This document shows positions 1-8,928 of a stretch of DNA of 13,837 bases, in pieces. The stretch covers positions 1 through 13,837 of the forward strand of contig JBHGNT010000923.1 in NCBI GenBank assembly GCA_043228905.1, read 5' to 3'. Position 1 is the stretch's first letter, and each line of letters opens with the position of its first letter. Source of the stretch: Azolla caroliniana. Lineage: Eukaryota; Plantae; Polypodiophyta. Made by a program: the position numbers and the translations under genes. The notes under the pieces were generated by a model. The model was not told the origin of the DNA. It saw nothing but the letters and a program-made list of their open reading frames with translations, and did not search any database.

Positions 1-2
1 AG

Positions 3-803
3 CAGTATCTTCAATGCTCGGTTAGTTACCAACAAGATGATTGGATCAACTTACTTTCACTCGTGGAATTCGCCTACAATAATTCTCTCCATGCATCAAT
101 TGGCGTCACTCCCTTCTTTGCAAACTATGGTTTACATCCTCACTTCAACATTTCCCTTCCTACCACTTTCGTGAACCCTTTGGCGGAGGATCGCGTACGC
201 TTTTTAGAAGAGCTACATCATGATTTATCCTTGGAGCTTAGTCTCGCTAGTGAACGATACAAGAACCAGGCTGATCACCATCAATCTGCCACTCCACACT
301 TTGTCGTTGGAGACATGGTCTGGTTGTTACGCCGACACATCTCTACTACTCGTCCATGTGCGAAACTTGATTACAAGAAGTTGGGACCATTTCGTATCAT
401 TGAGTGCATCAATCCCGTCGCCTTCCGGCTTGCTCTTCCATCCCACTTCCGTATTCACAATGTTTTTCATGTCTCCCTCCTCAAACCCCATTATGCTTCA
501 CAACTCCCAGGACGCCAGGCCCCACCACCACCACCTGTGCAATTGACGACAAGGAAGGAATACGAGGTCGACCAAATCATTGACTCGCATTGGCACTGTC
601 GATGCTTGCAATAGCTCATATTTTGGAGGGGTTACCCCATGTCTGACGCCACGTGGGAACCATCGGAAAATTTACAAAATGCCCTAAAGGTGGTCCAAGA
701 TTTTCATCATCGATATCCCCACAAATTGGTGGCCGATTTGGGAAGGTGGCCTAGGAGGGGGGATAATGTCAAGATTCAAACTCTTGACATGACCATATTA
801 TAA
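3..803 (+). pseudogene. Gypsy pol C-terminus: integrase end, GPY/F region and chromodomain, with an in-frame TAG at 612-614
   Basis: Frame 3 is open from base 3. After the TAG it continues LIFWRGYPMSDATWEPSENLQNALKVVQDFHHRYP, completing the chromodomain EYEVDQIIDS...LQ*LIFWRGY...ATWEP, where the stop replaces the conserved Tyr. The frame runs into the LTR and stops at TAA 801-803. Confidence 0.9.
753..763 (+). other. Polypurine tract of the Gypsy element
   Basis: AGGAGGGGGGA ending 3 nt before the LTR start TG at 767. Confidence 0.85.
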
Positions 804-1120
804 TCAAGTATTATGGGTTAACCAACATATTTAGTATACAGTTATGTATATAATTGGTCCTAAGTGTAGTTTTGGCTAGCATCATTTGCATAGTTGCTCC
901 CTTGTAGTATTTACACTTGGCACATGCATGCGTACCTACATGCTCTATTGTAGATTCACATGCGTGCAACAAATATGCATGCCGTGTAGTATAAATAGTT
1001 GAGTTCACCTTGAAGGAATTCAAGGTGAACAACACTAGTTATGGAGTCTTTCAGTTAATACTACTCATCCATTTGGTTATCTTCTTTCTTGTCTCTTGAG
1101 CTTATGATCTATCCATGACA
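767..1120 (+). repeat. 3' LTR of the Gypsy element (~354 bp)
   Basis: Starts TGTCAAGAT right after the PPT and ends ATCCATGACA (5-bp terminal inverted repeat TGTCA/TGACA). It contains TATAAATA at 990-997. LINE ORF2 sequence resumes exactly at 1121. Confidence 0.85.
990..997 (+). promoter_or_regulatory. Putative TATA box of the Gypsy LTR
   Basis: TATAAATA about two-thirds of the way through the LTR, in element sense orientation. Confidence 0.55.
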
Positions 1121-2532
1121 ACTCTTACCCCTAGGAAGATGACTTAAAACTGTGCCCACCTCATCCTTAGTGAAATCCGTATCCAATTCATGACTAATGA
1201 GATCATGCACAATACATCTAACCACATCATAAAACTCATGACGTGCTCTACTCACCTCATTGTCATTAACAATTGTGGGCCAATCAACTTCTTAAAGTAA
1301 TGAACACATATGTTAATTATTGTAGTTGGATCCACTATCCATTCATCCCCTTGTTTCACATGTACCACATTAGATCAAGCATAATTAGGATGTAATGCTT
1401 GGAAAAACAAATGAGATTGACATTGATTATCTATGAACCCATCCCTTAGTTATTGCACATTCGCATAACGATAACTTTGGCATTGCAACTGAGAAATAAT
1501 AACATGCAATTGACTTTGGATATCCAAAAGCTCCCCATCTAATGGTGCATGTATCAATAATGCATTACACTTGGAGAGAACATGTGAGAATTGTCGAAGA
1601 AGACCTCTTCTTTGTTGAGCATTAGTTACTCCATACATACGATGAATGATCTTAATGTTTCGTAACGTGATATCCCATGCTTTGACTCCTTTAAGATTCA
1701 CTTCTTGTGAAAAATTTACCAAAATTTGCTCCATGAGAGAATCAAAGTGAGGTTGAAGCAAAAGAGAAGAGTTAAAGCGTAATGGAGGCTTTCCAATTAA
1801 GGATCTATACATGTCAATTGCATGATTACAAACCACCAAACAAATAGGAAAGTGATCTGAAGTTCCTACATCTTGTAGAACTTTCATACAAAGTGATGTT
1901 GGTAAAAATGAATCATTGTGCATCACATACATTCTATCTAACTGACTCCATGTTTGTCTATGTTGAGCAGATTGGAAAGTAAAACCTGGATCATTCTTAT
2001 GCAACCATGTCCAAACATCCAACTTCAGAACCTCCATAGCCAATGCATCCCAAGGAAGTTGCTCAGGATCATCCATGATTGAATTTTCAGACGTAGATTG
2101 AGGTGCATCAACACACATGTTAAAATCACCCATAAGTAATCCGGGACAACCCACACATAGGGTTTGAAGGAGTGAGCCCCATAATGCAATACTTTGAGTG
2201 GCTTGGTTAGGGGCATAAATCCCAACCACCCACACAACCTCGCCAAAAAAAGTGATTTCTAGAACCAAAAACCGACCATAAGGATCATTATGCACCACTT
2301 GAGGATAATATTTATCCCGCATGATTAATACCACACCTGAATAATGATTATTAAGATGTCTTGCATAGAATGATGAATATCCACGTAAATGAACTATGTG
2401 TCCTGCCAACTCATATCACTTATGCTCAACTACACATAATACATCCCATTCTTTACTTAACAAAGTTTCCCATAATATATACTTCTTATGAGGAGAACAT
2501 GCCCCTCTCACATTCCATGTTACCACTTTCAT
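1121..2532 (-). pseudogene. LINE ORF2 N-terminal half: APE/EEP endonuclease and linker up to the start of the RT domain
   Basis: ATG at 2532 gives MKVVTWNVRGACSPHKK. A frameshift near 2450 leads to EWDVLCVVEHK*(2416-2418). Motifs GIYAPN, GDFN, FTF, SQLDRMY and SDHFPI follow. There are stops at 1450-1452 and 1375-1377 and a frameshift near 1280. The frame ends DTDFTKDEVGTVLSHLPRGKS, the first half of the K(S/A)PGxDG pre-RT motif. Confidence 0.9.
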
Positions 2533-2545
2533 TCAATCAACAATG

Positions 2546-4056
2546 TTATGGGTGCACTTGCTCCTTTAGAGCAACCGATGTCATGAAACTAGTCAAAGCA
2601 TGCTCCAATGTTGCATATGGATTTTCATGCACCACATCCTTAGGGTTGTCTATTGAAATATTTTGTTTAGGTTCTCCCGTTTGACGAAAACCTCGAGAAT
2701 TCGATGAATTTACAACTTGTCCCAATGAATCAAATTGAAGGTGAAGGGGTAATCCCTTATCCCTAAATTGTCTTTGCAAAGGAACTTTTCAAGGACCCTC
2801 CCTAGTTCCTGAATTTCCTTTCCAAGCTGTCTCACAAGTAGTGGGAAAACTATTACATTGCATATTCATTGATTTCCTCTTTGACTTGCCCTTAACATGA
2901 TGCCAATCCTTTTGAACAACATCATCACTAGTTCTCTCCAACGGTTTTTTCCCCTTATCTATGACCACCAAACTTTTTTTTCTCCATATCCATAGATTGA
3001 GTTTCCTTATTCTTAGGGCCCAAACATTGAAGTGAAACCTCTTTATAACCTGCTCTAGATGATGTTCCTTCATCCATAACAACCACAATATCTGACATGC
3101 ACCAACATCTCTCCCAACTCCTTCCTTACCATTCCCTTCATTATGAACCTCTATAGTTGAAGAACGATGACGATGGAATTCCGCCATAAAGTGACCCCAT
3201 TCACCACATCCAAAACAATGACATGCAAATGTCTCCCACTTCAATTTAAAACAAAGTCTTCTCATACCAGGTGTGTTCATACGCACCCATCCTAGCCTCT
3301 TACGGTTTGTATCCCATAACACACAAAATCTGCACTTATTTGTACCATTTGCATGTGGAGATACCAACACTTTACCCATTTGACTAATCAACTCTGGTAA
3401 AGTTGGCCATAAAAAAACATGCTTACAATCCATTGTTACCCAAACAAGGCATTCTTGTTTTAACAAAGCATGATAGTTCACAACGAGGGACCATTGCATT
3501 ACATGCACCAATCGTTTATAAAGAAACACAGGAACTTTAACCAACAATGACTGTTCCGGTGAACAAAACACTACATCATAAAACCCTTGTGATCCTGCAT
3601 ATATATTTTCAACACAATTTGGTGACACGATTGTGTTCAACCATTGTTTAATCCAATTAATGTATGGGAGTTTCTCGATAAAAAATAATATAACCGCATG
3701 ATGATAGAATACATAAAGATTGTAACACTACCTTAGCATCAACTTCAACATCATGCACGTCCTCATCAATGCATTCTTTCGCTTCATTTTCATTTTCTTC
3801 CACAATATCAAACAACAAGGTATTGGCCCCATAAATTATGCCAATTACAATGATCCTTGTCAACCTTATCTACATGTATTACTTTGGCATATGTCAATTT
3901 TTTCTCATTAATTTCTTCAACACCCGTAAACCTCTTAGAGCTTCCAATGTCTTCCCTTTCACGATTACATTCAACTATCACATTACTCTTTTTCAAATCA
4001 ATTGTTTCCATATCGATGTCCCCCACAATCGGTGAGGAATTCATGTTTATATCCAT
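2546..4056 (-). pseudogene. LINE ORF1 (gag-like, DUF4283-type region plus degenerate CCHC knuckle), fragmented by frameshifts
   Basis: Consecutive minus-strand ORF pieces at 4056-3808, 3863-3657, 3640-2789 and 2779-2546. Motifs are KKLTYAKV, GFYDVVF, VHVMQWS, VWVTMD, LISQMGKVL and the knuckle CFGCGEWGHFMAEF (last Cys->Phe). The low-complexity C-terminus has DKGKKPL and WHHVKGKSKRK. It lies immediately upstream of ORF2. The true start is uncertain. Confidence 0.75.
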
Positions 4057-4190
4057 TATTCTTGAGGTGATATCGATTCGGGATAAAAAGAATTTTCCAT
4101 GAACAAGAGAGACAACCAGAACTCACCCGATTGAAGAGGTCGAAGATGATGAAGACAATAGATGACCCGTAATGTGTGTTAAGTATGTGG

Positions 4191-4195
4191 ATGCC
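4191..4195. repeat. Left target-site duplication (ATGCC) of the Copia element
   Basis: Identical ATGCC at 9548-9552, directly after the other LTR. Confidence 0.95.
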
Positions 4196-4812
4196 TGTAA
4201 GGAATAGACGCTTCGATTCACCTTCTTCTCTCGGCCACAACCGAGTAATCGCGGATCAATGCAGCAGAAAATAGGAACCACACGAAAAAAAAGCAAGAAC
4301 GCGAGTACACAGGGATTAACGTGGAAAACCCAGACGGGAAAAACCACGGGAGTACAAGACTCCAACCCAACACTATACAGAGAAGTATACAATGGCGAGC
4401 TGCAAGGCGACGACCTTGAGCTCGCTGTCCTCGCCACAGGCGGCGGAAATACACAGAGGCGTCTACCTCTTCCTCTCTCGCGCTCTATCTCTCTCTCTCT
4501 CTCTCTCACGGCTGCTTACACTTCACTCCTCTTGAGTGGAAAAACAGAAAAATGAGAAGCAACAGCAAAACTGTTTGCCCTAAGTCATATTTATACTTAT
4601 ATGACTTTGGGCTATTTACAACTGTAGCCTCAGGGGCCCATAGCGAACATATTCACGGATATGTCCCTGCATCCGGATCGCTCTCCGGGTACATTCGTCA
4701 TCCGGTACCGAAACCGGGGTCTTCGTCATCCGGATCCGAAACCGAAACCGGGCTTGTCGGCATTCATCTCCGATATCCGACCATCCCATGCGAAGGGACC
4801 GTAATCCCAACA
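4196..4812 (-). repeat. Copia 3' LTR (617 bp)
   Basis: Direct repeat of 8929-9547. On the minus strand it reads TGTTGGGA...CCTTACA and follows the PPT. It contains (TC)10. Confidence 0.97.
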
Positions 4813-4814
4813 AA

Positions 4815-4824
4815 CTCCCCCTTC
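4815..4824 (-). other. Copia polypurine tract
   Basis: Minus strand GAAGGGGGAG, 2 nt before the 3' LTR, overlapping the natural pol stop TGA (4823-4825). Confidence 0.92.
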
Positions 4825-7800
4825 ACTTCGGCATGGGATGTCTCTCCAATCCGACCCTCTTCCGGCATGCTTCCAGTCTGTCGGGAGTGAGGACCTTGGT
4901 CAGCATATCCGACCCGTTCTCGTCCGTGTGGATCTTTGTCAGCACGAACTCCTTGTCTTCTATCCTTTCCCGGATCTAGTGATATCTTCGCTGGATGTGC
5001 TTCGTCCGGGAGTGATAGGCCGCGTTCTTCGCAAGGTGGATTGCACTCTGACTGTCACAGTAGAGTCGGTACTCCTCCTGTTGGATACCGAGCTCTCTAA
5101 TGAAGTCCTTCATCCATATTATTTCCTTGCCGGCTTCAACAGCCGCCATGTACTCCGCCTCCGTGGTTGACAACGCAACCGTCTTCTGCAGCCTCGACTG
5201 CCATGAAACAGCTCCCCCTGCATACGTCATCACATACCCTGATGTGGACCGGCTGGTATCTGCATCAGCCGACATATCCGAATCGGTGAAACCGTCGAGT
5301 TCGGGTTTACCGGAGCCGAATCGGAGGCACACATTCGCTGTGCCCTTCAGGTATCGGAGTATCCACTTGACCGCGTTCCAATGCTCTTTGCCGGGATTGC
5401 TCATGTACCGGCTCACCACTCCGACTGCATATCCTATGTCCGGTCTCGTACACACCATGGCGTACATCAAGCTCCCGACGGCTGAGGCATACGGCACTTT
5501 CATCATATCCTCCTTTTCAGCCTTTGTCTTGGGACTTTGCTTGCTGGACAGCTTGCAGTTTGCCGGGAGGGTCGATCCGACCGGTCTTGCTTCCGACATG
5601 TTGAACCGGTGAAGCACCTTCGTCACGTACTTCTCCTGTGACAGCCACAACTGCTTCTTCTTCCGGTCCCGGATGATGTGCATCCCTAGTATTTGCCTCG
5701 CCGGACCCAGGTCCTTCATTGAGAAGGTTCGGTGAAGAGCCTTCTTCAGCATCCGTATCTTGACCTGGTCCCGTCCGACGATCAACATGTCGTCCACGTA
5801 CAGGAGGAGTATTAGAAAGTCTCCTCCTTCGAATTTCTTCACAAACGCGCAGTGGTCGGACTGCGTTTTGAGGTACCCTTCGTCGGTCATGAAGGAGTCG
5901 AACTTCCGGTACCATTGCCGGGGAGCCTGCTTCAGTCCGTAAAGGCTCTTCTTCAACCGGCATACCAGGTGCTCCTTCCCTTTCTTCTCGAATCCTTCCG
6001 GTTGCTGCATGTAAATCTCTTCTTCGAGGTCACCGTGAAGGAATGCCGTCTTCACGTCCATCTGTTCTACCTCGAGGTCCATGCTTGCCGCTATGCTCAG
6101 CACCGTCCGGATGGAGGTCATCTTCACTACCGGGGCAAATATCTCGTCGAAGTCGACGCCCTTCTTCTGCTGAAACCCCTTCACCACGATCCTGGCTTTA
6201 TATCTCGGGGGGTTTCCGGCATCTCCCGGTTTCAGCTTGAACACCCACTTGTTTCGAAGTGCCCGCTTTCCTTTCGGCAACTCCACAAGTTCATATGTGA
6301 GGTTCTCATGCAGGGAATCCATCTCGTCCTGCATGGCACTCAACCACCTGCGGCTTTGGGTGTCATGCTTTGCTTCTTCAAAGCTCTCCGGCTCCCCCTC
6401 GTCGGATAGCAGCACGTGCTCTGGTTCCGGAAATCTCCGGGGGGCTCTCCTCTCTCTTAGAGGATATCTCCGTTCGGGAGCTTCGGTAACCGGTTCTTCC
6501 GATTCTTCTTCTTCATCCGAATCCATTTCGGGATCGGGGCCGGTTCCGGTATCATTTTCATCTTCTTCGGCCGGTTCTGTTTCTTCACCGTCTTCGGCCG
6601 AGTCCTCGAGTGCTAACCGGTCCCTTGCCGGTCGGGACTGCTCCTCGTAGAGTTTATCCTCACCGGTCGACTTGGAGCTCTTCATCTTCTTCTCCGACTC
6701 CCAGTCGGCGAGTGTCTTGTCCTCCATAAAGACGATATCTCGACTCCTGAATATCTTCTTGTCGACCGGGTCCCATACTCGGTAGCCGAACTCGTCGTCG
6801 CCGTAACCGAGGAATATGCATGGCCGGGTCATCGGATCTAGCTTTCCTCTCCGGTCCTTCGCCACGTGCACGTATGCGAGACACCCGAACACCTTCAGAT
6901 GCCGGTAGGATACTTCCCTACTGGTCCACACTCTCTGCGGCGTGTCTCCGTCCAAAGGTACTGAGGGTGATCGGTTTATCACATATGTCGCCGTCGACAT
7001 TGCCTCAGCCCAAAACCCCTTGGGTAATTTCGCATGCGCTAGCATACTCCGAACCCTCTCCATTATGGTCCGGTTCATCCTCTCGGCCAGCCCGTTCAGT
7101 TCCGGCGTCTTCGGCACAGTAAACTCGAGTCGGATTCCCTTCGAGCGACAGTACTCCTGGAACTGCCCTCGGTATTCCCCTCCGTTATCCGCTCGTATCG
7201 CTTTCAGCTTCTTGCCGGATTCCCTTTCCACTCTCGCGTGGAGTTCTTTGAAGACGCACAACACTTGGTCCTTTGTCTTCAACGGTGCCGTCCACAGCTT
7301 CCGGCTGTGATCATCAATGAATGTTACGAAGTACTGGTCTCCGCCATGTGACTTCGTTTCTACCTGACACACATCAGTGTGCACCAACTCCAATGGTGCG
7401 CTACGTCTCGTCGGTGGCCTTGAGTGGAAGGAGGTTCGGTTCTGCTTACCGGCCAGGCAATCGGTGCACTTCTCCAGGTGCACATGCTTCACCGGAATAA
7501 GGTTGTCTTCTGCAAGCCTCTTCATCCCCTTCTCACTCATGTGGCACAGTCTTTTGTGCCACAGCTCACCGGCAGTGTCGGCTGCCACATTCAGCTCTTC
7601 CGGACATAACCGGGCATTCATCAGGTACAGTGTGTTGACCTTCCGGGCCCGAGCCACTATCAAGCTCCCCTTGCTGAACTTCATGACACCGTTCCGGATG
7701 CTACCCGTGTAGCCTTCATCATCTAGCCTCCCGGCCGAAATCAGGTTCAGTCGGACCTCCGGAACGTGTCGGACATTCTTCAGCAGCATTTTGCATCCGG

Positions 7801-8899
7801 TCGGGGTTGTCAACCACACGTCTCCTATGCCGGCAATCCGGCACGTACCTTCGTTTCCCATCCGAACACAGCCATGCTCGCCGGCTGTGTAGGATGAGAA
7901 GTATCTTCTCTCCGGGGTCAGGTGGAACGATGCTCCGGAATCGACCACCCAGGTCGTCTCATCGCCGGCAATGTTTAGTTCACCTTCTTCGGTGATGAGC
8001 ATGATCTCCTCTTCACTTGCCGCGAGTGCCGTCGTTCCTTTCCGGTCCTGTCCTCGCCGATCCGAACCATTCCGGTCCGTGGCTCCCCGGTATGCACCGT
8101 TTCTCTCCGGTGACTTCTTCGAATCGGTGTTGTCGGTTCCATTGTCTTTTCGGTAATGCCGACAATTCTTTCGGAAGTGCCCCGGCTTCCCACAGTGGAA
8201 GCATGTGGGCCTTCCTCTTGACTGCGACCGGGTCCCCGACTTCTCCCGTCTTTGCGGACTCCGGTTCCATTGTCTTCCCCGATCCGATTCGGTAAACAAC
8301 ATCTTCGGGTCGGAGGCCGGTTCCTTATCTCTCCGACGCGCTTCTTCGTTCAAAATACTTGTCTTTACCGTTTGTAGGGACAAGTTATCTTCGGTGCAGG
8401 AGGTGCTGAGAGTCACCACCAAGTTCTCCCAGCTTTCCGGCAATGTACACATCAGGATGATGGCTTGCATTGCATCCTCCAACGGGAACTTGATCGCTGC
8501 AAGCTGATTCACGAATCCCATGAACGTGCTTACGTGTTCCACCATACTCTCGCCGTCCCGGTACTTGAGATTCACTATCTTCCTCATCAGGGAGGTCCGG
8601 TTCAACGCATTCTTCCTCTCGTAGAGGCCCGACAGCTTCTTCCACATCTCATATGCGTTGGTGTCGTTCGCCACATGTTGTAGGACGCTTACATCGACAT
8701 ATTGTCGGATCGTCGCTACGGCTTTCCGGTTCAGGAGCTTCCACTCCGACTCAAGTACCCCCTTCGGTATTTCCGACCTGTCAATCGGTTCGTACAGGTC
8801 CCGAACAATCAGAAGATCCTCCATCTTGATCTTCCAGTCGGCGTAATTCTGTGCATTCAGCACCGTCATCCCCGGCTGCCCGCTGCCGCCGCCTTCCAT
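4823..8899 (-). pseudogene. Copia gag-pol polyprotein, intact except for one premature TAG (4976-4978) in RNase H
   Basis: ATG at 8899 (MEGGGSG). Gag: NYADWKIKMEDLL. Knuckle: CFHCGKPGHFRKNC. Protease: WVVDSGASFH. HHCC: LWHKRLCH..CTDC. Integrase: VHTD/RADNGGEY/NGLAERMNRT, GKLD. RT: YKARIVVKGF, MDVKTAFLHG, LYGLKQAPRQW, YVDDM. RNase H: FTDSD, TEAEY, CDSQSAI, KHIQRRYH*IRE. The frame then continues 50 codons (including ENGSDMLTK) to TGA at 4823. Confidence 0.95.
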
Positions 8900-8913
8900 T
8901 TTCTGCAACAGTC

Positions 8914-8925
8914 GCTCTGATACCA
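8914..8925 (-). other. Primer-binding site complementary to the 3' end of initiator tRNA-Met
   Basis: Minus strand TGGTATCAGAGC, 3 nt downstream of the 5' LTR end. Confidence 0.95.
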
Positions 8926-8928
8926 GTT

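Larger units (their letters stand above)
1..1120 (+). mobile_element. 3' portion of a Ty3/Gypsy chromovirus LTR retrotransposon (Tcn1/Tf2-like), truncated by the left window edge
   Basis: Integrase C-terminus (QYLQCSVSYQQDDWINLLSLVEFAYNN; VGDMVWL; KLDYKKLGPF; IHNVFHVSLLKP), then a chromodomain, a PPT at 753-763 and an LTR bounded by TGTCA...TGACA. Confidence 0.93.
1121..4195 (-). mobile_element. Degenerate L1-clade LINE (ORF1 plus the endonuclease half of ORF2), interrupted on the left by the Gypsy and probably on the right by the Copia
   Basis: ORF1 has a zinc knuckle. After a 13-nt spacer, ORF2 begins MKVVTWNVRG and carries APE motifs. There are multiple stops and frameshifts. Confidence 0.88.

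Noticed and set aside
3517-3525. TATAAAGAA matching the candidate MULE TSD at 11407-11415
   Set aside because: It lies inside LINE ORF1 and is not followed by a GGGAAAAG-like TIR, so it is a chance AT-rich match.
4123-4890. ORFs within the Copia LTRs (e.g. MREREREIERER..., and the copies at 8781-9637)
   Set aside because: They derive from LTR and microsatellite sequence, change frame between the two LTRs with the TC indel, and show no protein signature. They are not an env-like or extra gene.
4973-4981. Programmed stop-codon read-through at the RNase H TAG
   Set aside because: The stop replaces a normally conserved aromatic residue by one transition and lacks the CARYYA context. A point mutation is the simpler explanation.
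4838-8920. Many 60-185 aa ORFs antisense to or out of frame with the Copia gag-pol (e.g. 5100-5612, 5852-6409, 6237-6650)
   Set aside because: These are shadow ORFs expected in GC-rich coding DNA and carry no recognisable motifs.
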